Positions 28,342 through 37,247 of a stretch of DNA of 56,439 nucleotides are shown here, piece after piece. How positions within the stretch are numbered: the first letter of the stretch is position 1; each line of letters starts with the position of its first letter. Source of the stretch: a virus (Duplodnaviria; Caudoviricetes); IMG/VR virus record IMGVR_UViG_3300034374_008412, positions 1 to 56,439 of that record; one strand, written 5' to 3'. The notes beneath the pieces are model-generated. The model ran no database searches, was not told the origin of the DNA, and was given only the letters and a program-made list of their open reading frames with translations. The translations under genes were made by a program, and so were the position numbers.

Positions 28342-28761
28342 TTAATTAAAATATCCTTTTGCTTTAGCTAATTCGCTTCCATCTAAATCATCTTCAAACC
28401 ATTGAAATAAAGATTCTCCTTTACCTAAATAGGCATCAAAATATTGTTTAACACTATTTCTTTGTTCTTTATTTAATGGCTCTAAAGTGTTCCAAATCAA
28501 ATTTTCGTCTGTACCCCATCCCTTCATAGCTTTGTATAATTGTTCAGCAGGAAATTTAGGGTCAAATTGAACCTTTGTGTTTTTACCTTGTAAGTTACCT
28601 TTACTTTCTTTTGATAGAATAGATTTATTTCCAAGTTTACGAAGAACTTTACCTCTACCCGTTACTTTTTGATAAACCTTTAAACCAACATAAGCTACAC
28701 CAATACCTAAACCTAAATAGATAGCTAATTTAATTTTTCCTTCTTTTGTAGATATATCCAT
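28342..28761 (-). CDS. TM-anchored single-repeat annexin protein B
   Basis: AEQLYKAMKGWGTDENLIWNTL...QRNSVKQYF...FEDDLDG. Confidence 0.8.
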   Translation of the reverse strand: MDISTKEGKIKLAIYLGLGIGVAYVGLKVYQKVTGRGKVLRKLGNKSILSKESKGNLQGKNTKVQFDPKFPAEQLYKAMKGWGTDENLIWNTLEPLNKEQRNSVKQYFDAYLGKGESLFQWFEDDLDGSELAKAKGYFN

Positions 28762-28763
28762 TA

Positions 28764-29264
28764 TTAAAAGTTTGTAATTTTACTTGCTAAAGTTAATTGT
28801 TCCTCATCATCTAATTCTGACTTTAATCTCTCAGATAATGATTCTCCACCTTGTATTCTTGAATATGATTCTGCTACTTTTGATACATTACCTTTACTTC
28901 CTAATTGCTCAAAAACACCATAAATAGCTTCTTCATCAGTTCCCCAACCATCAACTGCATCTTTAATTATATTAGCATAAGATACTGCTTGTTGTTCAGT
29001 TATTGATTTACCACCATTAGTTTTATACCATAATGGCGACCAATATCTTCCCGACCAAAGACTATCGTTTACCTTATCCATTTCTTTTGATTCGGGAGTA
29101 TCAATAACACCCGTTTTCTTTAGGATAGGTCTAACAATACCAAAATAGGCAAAACCTATTACTACGGGTATTCCTATCACATATAAATATACTTGTGGTG
29201 GAATCATCCCTAAAGCACTTGCTCCTGCTTGACCTTGTGTCATACCCTTTCCTTTAACTGCCAT
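28764..29264 (-). CDS. TM-anchored single-repeat annexin protein C
   Basis: ANIIKDAVDGWGTDEEAIYGVF...Y...SLSERLKSEL. Confidence 0.75.
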   Translation of the reverse strand: MAVKGKGMTQGQAGASALGMIPPQVYLYVIGIPVVIGFAYFGIVRPILKKTGVIDTPESKEMDKVNDSLWSGRYWSPLWYKTNGGKSITEQQAVSYANIIKDAVDGWGTDEEAIYGVFEQLGSKGNVSKVAESYSRIQGGESLSERLKSELDDEEQLTLASKITNF

Positions 29265-30045
29265 ATTCCCAATTTTTTATAAAAGCATCTAACTTTTCAA
29301 ATCTATCTAAACTTTGTTTACTATTTGCTGACTTAAATACATTTAAGAAAACATTATATGCATCTATTCTTGGATAACCTAATGCTAAATAAATTCTAAG
29401 TCCATTTAAGTCTGCTTCAACCTCACTACTCGGAGTTTTATTAACGTAATAATGCGAATACTCGTGAAGTAAAATAGCCATTCTCATAGGTATAGAATAC
29501 CTTTCAAATGCTTTTTTTGACACTTCTATTCTACCCGTTAATTGACTTATCCTTGCAGGAGTTTTAATTGGCTTATTGTCTGCCTTGCTCCTTACTTGGT
29601 CGTAATAGTCAATTTGAAATTTACCATTATCACTAAAGTAACTTTCTCCTTTCATACTTGCAGGAAGATAACTTGCTTCCTCTGAAAATTCTTGTGCGAA
29701 ATTTACAAAAGCCTTTGTCTTCCTTGACATAGGTATTCTTTTAGTGCTTTTTAAAGGCAATATTTCTATTGCTTTTATTTTAAACCCATCATTATTTAAA
29801 GGTGTTTGCCCATCTTTATAAACTAACAACCTTGAAACATTTGCACTTTCGGGTAAACCGATATAATATATTTCAGTACCATTAACCCTTGCGTACCTTT
29901 TAGAGTAATATGTTTTTGGTGCATTTGCATCACATATCTTTATCCATAGTTTTTCTGACTTTGGAGTAGATATTACTACTTTTATAGTACAAGCTAATTC
30001 ATCTGTTTTTATATCTCTAACCATCCTATAACGATGCTTCTGCAC
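29254..30045 (-). CDS. Zincin (HExxH) metalloprotease, candidate maturation protease
   Basis: AILLHEYSHYY followed by EVEADLNG (gluzincin-type third ligand); true start may be slightly downstream. Confidence 0.75.
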   Translation of the reverse strand: MQKHRYRMVRDIKTDELACTIKVVISTPKSEKLWIKICDANAPKTYYSKRYARVNGTEIYYIGLPESANVSRLLVYKDGQTPLNNDGFKIKAIEILPLKSTKRIPMSRKTKAFVNFAQEFSEEASYLPASMKGESYFSDNGKFQIDYYDQVRSKADNKPIKTPARISQLTGRIEVSKKAFERYSIPMRMAILLHEYSHYYVNKTPSSEVEADLNGLRIYLALGYPRIDAYNVFLNVFKSANSKQSLDRFEKLDAFIKNWEYGS

Positions 30046-30292
30046 CTTCTAATTTACCACTCTTATTTAATTTATAAATACCATATATAGCTAAAGCAAC
30101 ACCGAAAGCAATCATCAAATTTCTTTTTCTTTTATTTCCGATTTCACTCATAGTTGGAGTATTACCAACTGCGTTTCTATATGTATTTTCATCGTGAACT
30201 TCTAATTGACCTTCTTTTTGTTGTTCAACTAACCATTCTTTAAATGGCTTTGAAGTTCCACTCATTTTGTATTTTTGGTTTGCACTTGACAT
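30026..30292 (-). CDS. Small single-TM protein
   Basis: PFKEWL, YRNAVG, C-terminal TM. Confidence 0.7.
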   Translation of the reverse strand: MSSANQKYKMSGTSKPFKEWLVEQQKEGQLEVHDENTYRNAVGNTPTMSEIGNKRKRNLMIAFGVALAIYGIYKLNKSGKLEGAEASL

Positions 30293-30294
30293 AT

Positions 30295-30519
30295 CTACTT
30301 GTTTTTAATAATTAATCTCCCTGCTACTACACCAACTAATATTCCAATCCAAGGTTTCTTTCTTAAAGCAATAGAACCAATTAAACCGAGTACCCCACCG
30401 ATAACTGCTCCTTGCATATTATCTTTGGAGTTCTTTAAGATTTTATTTGAAAGGTCTTTATTTCCAATATCCTTAACAACCTCAATCTTTTGTTTAAATT
30501 CCTTGCTATCAGTTTTCAT
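30295..30519 (-). CDS. Small two-TM Gly-zipper protein
   Basis: GAVIGGVLGLIG...WIGILVGVVAG. Confidence 0.7.
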   Translation of the reverse strand: MKTDSKEFKQKIEVVKDIGNKDLSNKILKNSKDNMQGAVIGGVLGLIGSIALRKKPWIGILVGVVAGRLIIKNK

Positions 30520-31148
30520 TAATTTCTACTTCTTCTAATTAAAAAAGCAGTCAAACCGATAACTGCAATAGCACCTACTCCAATACCAATTATTAATCCC
30601 GTTTTAGATTTTTTTGGTTGATTATCAAATTGTTGATTTTGATAAGTTTGCATTTGTGAATCTACTTGCTCGTTACCACCTCTATTAAATAAACCACCAA
30701 AAATTGCAGTACCAATTTGTGCGATTGAATCTGCGTTATCTTTTAAGAAGTCGCCTTTCTTTTTTTCATCGCCTTTTTTATCTTCATCAGAATCAGAATC
30801 AGAATCAGCATCAGCTACATTTTTATCTTTTTTTCTATTAAAGAAGTTTGCAAATTCTTCTGTTTTATCCTTTTGTTCAATAAGGATTAAAGCAGATATA
30901 TTGCGTATTAAAGCCTTTGCTTTAGGACTTCTTTTTTCTTTAAGTCTTAAAACTGCTTTTCGCAATATTAATTTTAACTTTTTTGGAGAAGCATCATCAT
31001 CTACTTCAAAACCTGCATCTCTAAATGCTTCAATAACTCCTTTTCTATTATTTACTAATAACCAAGCTAATTGATTAAGAACAAGTCTTTGTCTTTTTCT
31101 TTTACCTTGTCCTTCAACACCTCTTATATTTCTTCTCTTACTAATCAT
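30519..31148 (-). CDS. C-terminally anchored membrane protein
   Basis: EFANFFNRKK; C-terminal TM followed by RRSRN. Confidence 0.75.
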   Translation of the reverse strand: MISKRRNIRGVEGQGKRKRQRLVLNQLAWLLVNNRKGVIEAFRDAGFEVDDDASPKKLKLILRKAVLRLKEKRSPKAKALIRNISALILIEQKDKTEEFANFFNRKKDKNVADADSDSDSDEDKKGDEKKKGDFLKDNADSIAQIGTAIFGGLFNRGGNEQVDSQMQTYQNQQFDNQPKKSKTGLIIGIGVGAIAVIGLTAFLIRRSRN

Positions 31149-31158
31149 TTTTTTTAAT

Positions 31159-31578
31159 TTACTTTTTCAACATTAAAGCTACTCCCATAAGGACAAAACC
31201 ACCGATAATAATTGAGTTTATTGCCATTTTATTGACTACTCTATTTTCTGATTCTCCCATAGCATTATAATAAGCACTCTGTTGTTGTCCTAAAAAATTA
31301 GAATGTAAATCTCTATTCATAGCTAATGAGTTTATTTCCTTATCTTTTGAAGAACAAGAACTACATATACCTTCTAAAAGTTCTCTATCGGGATGAATTT
31401 CTGCAAGGCTATTCAAACCTTTTTCCCCATAGTTTCTTACAAAGTGCTTTATTTGGCTTTCAAGTTCTTCTGTATTTCTCGCTTTTCTATACGAATCATA
31501 CTTGTTCAAAGTAAAATGAACATCAGCAGGAACTCTCTCTGCCAAATATTTAAACATTGTAATTCTTTCTGAACTCAT
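31159..31578 (-). CDS. C-terminally anchored membrane protein
   Basis: LAEIHPDRELL, CSSC, YYNAMG, C-terminal TM. Confidence 0.75.
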   Translation of the reverse strand: MSSERITMFKYLAERVPADVHFTLNKYDSYRKARNTEELESQIKHFVRNYGEKGLNSLAEIHPDRELLEGICSSCSSKDKEINSLAMNRDLHSNFLGQQQSAYYNAMGESENRVVNKMAINSIIIGGFVLMGVALMLKK

Positions 31579-31579
31579 A

Positions 31580-31711
31580 TTAGTTATTTATTTCAATAGA
31601 TGCTTTATTTTTTTTCATTTGGTTATAAATCACAAATGAAACTAAACCGATAATTAATAGGTTGTGAACATTCTGACCACCTAAAAACTTTGGACTTTTA
31701 ATATCAAACAT
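31580..31711 (-). CDS. Small single-TM protein (43 aa, not in track)
   Basis: MFDIKSPKFLGGQNVHNLLIIGLVSFVIYNQM. Confidence 0.6.
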   Translation of the reverse strand: MFDIKSPKFLGGQNVHNLLIIGLVSFVIYNQMKKNKASIEINN

Positions 31712-31735
31712 TTTTTATTTTTTTTAAGATTAAAC

Positions 31736-31773
31736 AAAAAAAGGTAGGTTTAACTTTAAGCTAACCTACCTTT
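31736..31773 (-). terminator. Intrinsic terminator downstream of putative MCP
   Basis: AAAGGTAGGTT...AACCTACCTTT with A-run on + strand (T-run on - strand). Confidence 0.7.
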
Positions 31774-31844
31774 CAGTATTATACAATTAATAACTTTAAT
31801 CGTAGCAACTTGCTGAAAAGCAAGTCTAATAAGTTAAGACTTTC

Positions 31845-32582
31845 TTATCCTCTTCTTCCTTTCAAAGCACGTAATGCACCTTTTGAAAGTTTTAAAGTTT
31901 CAGATTTTACAAGTCTTGGGTTTCCATAACCTCTAACTGCTCTTCTACCCGTTAAAGTTCTTGCAGTAGATACAGTTTCAGAAGGATAGAAGTAAATCTT
32001 CACAACTGCTGATGCTAATACTGAACTTAATACGATTGCTGTGAAACCATCAATTTTATAAGAGAACTTCACAACTACGATAGTAGATTGTTGCTGATAA
32101 GGGTCAATAGTTGGAACTAAAGTCTTTTGACTTTCATTACCATTAACATCCTTTTGAATTAATGTTAAAGTTTCTAATACTTGGTTAGCAGTAGAAGATT
32201 GGTAATAGGTTTGCCCCACTACGAAACTTTTATTCATTGACTGATACAAAAATTCTTGGTAAGTAACCCCTGCAATTCCCATTGTAATAGAAATCGCTGA
32301 CGAATTTTGCCAATTCGGAGAAGAATAAGCTAACGTACTATACGCACCTAAAATAGTACAAGGAAACGCAGTAGTCGTGTTCGTGTTTGTGATAGATACG
32401 ATGTAAGGTTGAGATGTCGGAGCAGATGCTTGTCCTACTGCCATATCAAACTCATCATCTGCGTAACCATCGAAATCATAATCTTCATCTGCAAAATCGT
32501 AGTCGTCATCCCACCCATCTGCATTGAAGAAATTTTCGTTAGCTTCTTCTTGTGCTTCTGAAAAATATTTTCTTAAATCCAC
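31845..32582 (-). CDS. Putative major capsid protein (single jelly-roll candidate)
   Basis: ~145-aa beta-rich core between an acidic leader and an Arg-rich tail; own promoter and terminator; next to the packaging-type ATPase; has a paralogue. Confidence 0.55.
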   Translation of the reverse strand: MDLRKYFSEAQEEANENFFNADGWDDDYDFADEDYDFDGYADDEFDMAVGQASAPTSQPYIVSITNTNTTTAFPCTILGAYSTLAYSSPNWQNSSAISITMGIAGVTYQEFLYQSMNKSFVVGQTYYQSSTANQVLETLTLIQKDVNGNESQKTLVPTIDPYQQQSTIVVVKFSYKIDGFTAIVLSSVLASAVVKIYFYPSETVSTARTLTGRRAVRGYGNPRLVKSETLKLSKGALRALKGRRG

Positions 32583-32646
32583 TTTTGATAAATTTTTAAT
32601 AATTAATAACTAATTTCTTTTTTTTTCTAATTCAATCCTTCCTTGA

Positions 32647-32766
32647 TTATTCAGCAGAAGCAGACTTTTTTTCAGCCAATTTCTTTTGAACCATTGATGC
32701 GATAATTACACCTCCTGCAACACCTAATGCAGTAAATACAATTCCCATAATTGCTTTCTTGTCCAT
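32647..32766 (-). CDS. Small single-TM protein between ATPase and MCP (39 aa, not in track)
   Basis: MDKKAIMGIVFTALGVAGGVIIASMVQKKL. Confidence 0.7.
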   Translation of the reverse strand: MDKKAIMGIVFTALGVAGGVIIASMVQKKLAEKKSASAE

Positions 32767-32887
32767 AATTTCAAAATTATTTTTTAGATTAATAAAATGT
32801 TTTTTAATGCCTACTATTCAAATAGCGACACTCCAAATTTATTTTATTATACTCAATTAATAGCTATTAATATTATTTTTGAAAATA

Positions 32888-32920
32888 AAAAAAGCCTATT
32901 GCATTTTTTACAATAGGCTG
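32888..32920 (-). terminator. Terminator after ATPase gene
   Basis: AGCCTATTG...CAATAGGCT with A-run. Confidence 0.6.
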
Positions 32921-32960
32921 ATATTCAATAGATTATATGTTGCAAATAAATTGCTACATT

Positions 32961-33773
32961 TTATTTATTTGGAATGTACATTTTTACCATTAAATCTTTA
33001 ATATGTTTATGTGCAGTTTCGGGAGTAAACTTTAGCTTACCTTTTGCATCTCTCATATTTAGTAAAGGTTTAACTTTTTTATTGTAATTCAAAGAAATGT
33101 ATTCATCAATAGCTTCTAATATTTGTTTTTTGCTATAATTACCATAGATATATTCATCATCACAATTATATGTAACGTGAAATCTTTTATTTCCATTATG
33201 ATATTGGTTATTAACCATAATCTCTACTAACTTCAATGCTTCGTGCCTATCATCAAACTTTTTATGATGTTTGTCAACTGAATCAGAATTTTTGTGAAAT
33301 CTAATCCAATTTAAGTTTTGCCATACTTTAGGCGATACACGACCAATACTTTGAAAGTGCATAATAATATCAGTAGAGGTATGACGATTAGTACATAAAG
33401 CACCAATAAGGTCATTCGGAGCATAGTCAGAAACATATTTATTGACATCTTCTATTAATAATAACCCCCCTTTGTAATTATCTAAAATAAGTTTTAGTGT
33501 ATCTGCAATTTCAGTTAAACTCATTTTTGAACCATCGGGGTTATATGGTCTTATTCGTCTAACTTCTACTTTTGGATGGTGGCTAAATACTTTAACGTGG
33601 GAAATTGATAAACCCTTTACATTTTCAAATTCATCGTTTACATCAAGTATTAATGCTCTACGAGGTCTAATTGTTGAACCACCTTTAACATATTGCTCTA
33701 TGACTTGCATAGTAGTATATGTTTTTCCTATTCCTTTTTTACCAACTGCAACCCCTAATTGTGCTTCTCTCAT
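32961..33773 (-). CDS. FtsK/HerA-superfamily (A32/P9-like) genome packaging ATPase
   Basis: Walker A GKKGIGKT at N-terminus, ILDVNDEF, Walker B LLLIED, arginine finger TNRH followed by IIMHFQ. Confidence 0.75.
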   Translation of the reverse strand: MREAQLGVAVGKKGIGKTYTTMQVIEQYVKGGSTIRPRRALILDVNDEFENVKGLSISHVKVFSHHPKVEVRRIRPYNPDGSKMSLTEIADTLKLILDNYKGGLLLIEDVNKYVSDYAPNDLIGALCTNRHTSTDIIMHFQSIGRVSPKVWQNLNWIRFHKNSDSVDKHHKKFDDRHEALKLVEIMVNNQYHNGNKRFHVTYNCDDEYIYGNYSKKQILEAIDEYISLNYNKKVKPLLNMRDAKGKLKFTPETAHKHIKDLMVKMYIPNK

Positions 33774-34567
33774 ATTTTTATATTAAATAAATTTTTAGTT
33801 TCAACTACATCATATATACGTTTACCTAACAAAATTGCTCGTTTACCTAATTCAAAATCTTTAAAATTTTGTACGCAATCTTCAATTTCTTCTTTTGGAA
33901 ATACACTTGATGAGTTATTAAACTTTTTCAAAATATTTTTTCTTACGAATGAATAATGGTGCATCTCTAATTCATCCCTATCAAAAACAATACAATTTCC
34001 TACTTTGCTTTGCCTTGTTTGGTCAATACGGATTGGATAATTTTGGTGTAGTTTATATTCTGTATCTTCTTTTAACTTAATAATAAAAGGTACATAATAG
34101 GTTTCTTTTGGTTCTAATCTATAAAAAGGTTCTTTGTAATATGTAACCATTTGACAAAATGAAGTATCATAATTACCATCAATTATTTCATTAAAGGCAT
34201 AACTAAATTGTTCGGAAGTGTAAAATTCATCGGTGTCCATCATTAACAAGTAGTCGCAACCAACTTCCTTGCAATCATTTAAACCAACATTTCTTTTTAC
34301 TAATTCATTAGCAGTACCACTTTCCCAATAAGTTTCTCCATTATCTAAATACAATACTTCGGGTTCATACTTGATAATATTATCAACTAAACCTTGATTC
34401 ATAAGTTTTTTAGAAATTAATTCACTTGAATTATTATGCTCCCCAAAATTAGAAACCACTTGATAGACTATTGTTATATAATCTACCAAGGGTCTAATTG
34501 ACATAATGGAATGTTCTAAAAGTTCTTCTCCATCAAAAAGGTTATATACTACACCAATTTTATTCAC
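33770..34567 (-). CDS. GT-A fold glycosyltransferase (GT2-like)
   Basis: FDGEELLEHSI, KRNVGL, LLMMDTDEFY (DxD), MHHYSFVR. Confidence 0.75.
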   Translation of the reverse strand: MNKIGVVYNLFDGEELLEHSIMSIRPLVDYITIVYQVVSNFGEHNNSSELISKKLMNQGLVDNIIKYEPEVLYLDNGETYWESGTANELVKRNVGLNDCKEVGCDYLLMMDTDEFYTSEQFSYAFNEIIDGNYDTSFCQMVTYYKEPFYRLEPKETYYVPFIIKLKEDTEYKLHQNYPIRIDQTRQSKVGNCIVFDRDELEMHHYSFVRKNILKKFNNSSSVFPKEEIEDCVQNFKDFELGKRAILLGKRIYDVVETKNLFNIKI

Positions 34568-35235
34568 TATGCTTTGTTTTGTTCTAATTTATCATTAAAA
34601 GCATTGCTTAATCTTCTAATTGCTTTGAACAAATATAGCTTATATTCCATATCGTTTTTATGTTCATCCTCTAATTGACTATACCAATACAACTCATCTT
34701 TAATTTCAGACTTAATTGTTTTGCAATCTTCGGATAAGTTTAACTCAACTAAATTATTTGCAATAGAAGATGCAGTTTCAAATACTTTTTCAAACTCTCC
34801 ATCCTTCATTTCTTCACATTCTTTGTCAAATTGCTTTTTGGCAATATTTTCAAAATGGAATAATTTGTCATTGATTAATTTATTGTGAGTTTCAATCATA
34901 CCTCTAACATCATAAAGTTTGATTTTAACTTCATCCCATTCTACAAATTCTTTTGCTCTTTTATACCTCTTATCATCATCATTCTTAATAGGTGTAAGTT
35001 TTTGTGCTAATAATCTTTCGTATAAAGATAAGTTAGCTTGTAAACTTTGAAGAGTACCTAAATAAATTTTATCGTGTTCAATTACTTTTTTAAAATCTGT
35101 AATTGGAAGTATTCTACCATTCATAGTAGCTTGTTTGCTACCATCTCCTTTTACTTCTTTTACTTTGTTTTCAGCAAATCTTTTTGCTAAATCTTTTGAA
35201 TCTGTTGCTCCTGCAATCTCTTTAATCTTTCCCAT
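34567..35235 (-). CDS. Hypothetical helical protein
   Basis: 222-aa ORF. Confidence 0.7.
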   Translation of the reverse strand: MGKIKEIAGATDSKDLAKRFAENKVKEVKGDGSKQATMNGRILPITDFKKVIEHDKIYLGTLQSLQANLSLYERLLAQKLTPIKNDDDKRYKRAKEFVEWDEVKIKLYDVRGMIETHNKLINDKLFHFENIAKKQFDKECEEMKDGEFEKVFETASSIANNLVELNLSEDCKTIKSEIKDELYWYSQLEDEHKNDMEYKLYLFKAIRRLSNAFNDKLEQNKA

Positions 35236-35362
35236 TGTTTTTTATTTTTGGTTTATGTAAAGTTTTTCTGTTTTTCTTATCTTCAATATATATCGTGTAA
35301 AAGAAATCAAAAAATCTATACACGAATAATAATGCAAAAAAGCATAATATAGTTATTCCCAT
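35222..35362 (-). CDS. Small single-TM protein (not in track)
   Basis: MGITILCFFALLFVYRFF. Confidence 0.4.
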   Translation of the reverse strand: MGITILCFFALLFVYRFFDFFYTIYIEDKKNRKTLHKPKIKNNGKD

Positions 35363-35382
35363 AACTTTTAAAAAGTAAATCA

Positions 35383-36150
35383 TCATTCGCTTTTATGGTA
35401 TTTCATATATTTAAAATGCCTTCCCCAATCTTCTTTGTTCCAATGAAATGCGTGTACTCCCGTGTGTACCCAATTTTGAACTCCCCTTTGCAATAAATCT
35501 TCTGCAAAATAAGTGTCGGGTGGATTATTACCATTTTCGGGATGCCTAAACTCAAAATGTTGCATTACCTTACGTTTCATTAAGCAACAACCAATACCTG
35601 CAATATATGTAGGTTGTAATTTTCCATTAACGTAAGAATGCCAAAATAAAGAAGACTTAACGTGAAATCTAAATGCTCTCCAATATTCGTGGTTCTTATC
35701 AACTTGTGCTAAACAAGGAGTTCTATTTGCTCCATCTAATATTTGATACAAAGCATTTACAATAGGCTTCCTACATTCTAAAAGTCTTTCTATAACATCG
35801 TGTTGAGGAAATACATCACTTTCTAAATGTAACATATAATCGCAATCACTTTCTAAAAAGTATCTTCTTAATTGATTATGGCTATCTGCCATTTTATCAA
35901 ATACTGAATAACCCGTATAGTCTTTCCAAAATACTTTTAATCCATACTTCTTATTAAGCATCCTTGCATTTTTATTAGTAGCTGAATTATCTGCTACATA
36001 ATATTCTAATCTGCTTTTAGGATAACTAAACTTATTTAAGTTATCTAAAAAAGCATCAAGGCAATAATTTTTACCTTCGTATGTAGGTATAGCTATTAAT
36101 ATCTTTGGTAGATTTTTAGGTTTCTCCTTTTTGACTTCAACGTAATTCAT
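35383..36150 (-). CDS. GT-A fold glycosyltransferase
   Basis: ILIAIPTY, VADNS, YMLHLESDV, AGIGCCLMKR, PDTYF. Confidence 0.75.
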   Translation of the reverse strand: MNYVEVKKEKPKNLPKILIAIPTYEGKNYCLDAFLDNLNKFSYPKSRLEYYVADNSATNKNARMLNKKYGLKVFWKDYTGYSVFDKMADSHNQLRRYFLESDCDYMLHLESDVFPQHDVIERLLECRKPIVNALYQILDGANRTPCLAQVDKNHEYWRAFRFHVKSSLFWHSYVNGKLQPTYIAGIGCCLMKRKVMQHFEFRHPENGNNPPDTYFAEDLLQRGVQNWVHTGVHAFHWNKEDWGRHFKYMKYHKSE

Positions 36151-36151
36151 A

Positions 36152-37246
36152 TTATTTCTTTCTTTCCTTTGCTTTTGCTTCTGCGTTTGCCTTATCCATC
36201 TCTTTCTGAACTAAATCGGGATGATTTGTTTCTTGTGGTCTTTTAAATTCGTGAATATTCATTTTCTGCGTTTGAACTTCATATTCTGAATTATCTAATC
36301 CTTGACCGATTTCTGTTTCATCATCCAAAATCATCTCTTGAACCCTTGGTTCTTGTCTTCTTTGCCTTTGAACGGGTATTTCTTCTTCATAAACATCTTC
36401 TTGCTCTACTCGTTCTGCCTTATCAGTCGGAATACCACCTTTTGATTCTTCGTGAATTTCTTTTAGTAGATTCATTGTAGAATTAATAGACTTTTTTAAT
36501 CCTATAAATTGAGTTGTTTTTGCAAGTATGTCTTTACCGAACATAAAGATTAGGTATTGTTCATCAGTCATACCCCAACCTTTCTTCATAAATACCCTAA
36601 TCATAGCAGGGCGAACCTTCATACCAAACTCTCTATCGTAGCTTAACACTTCCTCTGCTTGTTCATTATAACTTTGAACGAACTCGGTTAATGAAACATC
36701 TCCACCACTTTCTAAAGGCATACGCATAGTTCCATCAATTTCATCATTTAAGATTAATTGATTTAGCTTATCTTCGGGAAATTTAGCAAAGTTACTTACT
36801 ACTTTATGTAGTCCTGCATAAGTATCTAAAACTGTATCTACCATTGATTCACAAGCAATTTGTTTTTCTTGTGGTGGTAAATCATTTAATGCAGGATTAG
36901 GATTATCAAAAGGGTTTCCTGCTTCCTCTTCCTCTTCACTTGGAGTATTCATTAAATCATCAAAAGACAAGTCCTGCTCAAATGAAGGTTCGGGAATATC
37001 ATCAGTCAAACCTTCGGCAGTTTTTGGAGTTGCATATTCTCTCTCAACTACATTGTCTGCTAATGGATTATAATTGCCAAAAGTACCTTCCAATGGGTCT
37101 TGGCTTTGTGTTTGTTGAACCTCTGCTTCAAATGGTTCATTGTTCGCTTCCTCTACCACGTTTGCATCTTCTATTTCCATTACTTCTACTTCTTGTTCCT
37201 CTACTATTGGTTCGGGAGTTTTTCTTGGTCTTCCTCTTTTTGCCAT
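36152..37246 (-). CDS. Acidic, largely disordered protein (assembly/scaffold candidate)
   Basis: E/D/P-rich termini, N-terminal KRGRPRK. Confidence 0.7.
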   Translation of the reverse strand: MAKRGRPRKTPEPIVEEQEVEVMEIEDANVVEEANNEPFEAEVQQTQSQDPLEGTFGNYNPLADNVVEREYATPKTAEGLTDDIPEPSFEQDLSFDDLMNTPSEEEEEAGNPFDNPNPALNDLPPQEKQIACESMVDTVLDTYAGLHKVVSNFAKFPEDKLNQLILNDEIDGTMRMPLESGGDVSLTEFVQSYNEQAEEVLSYDREFGMKVRPAMIRVFMKKGWGMTDEQYLIFMFGKDILAKTTQFIGLKKSINSTMNLLKEIHEESKGGIPTDKAERVEQEDVYEEEIPVQRQRRQEPRVQEMILDDETEIGQGLDNSEYEVQTQKMNIHEFKRPQETNHPDLVQKEMDKANAEAKAKERKK

Positions 37247-37247
37247 T

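Noticed and set aside
32961-33773. ATPase as terminase large subunit
   Set aside because: Only 270 aa, no RNase H nuclease domain; the RH...hhhhQ motif fits the FtsK/HerA/A32 class
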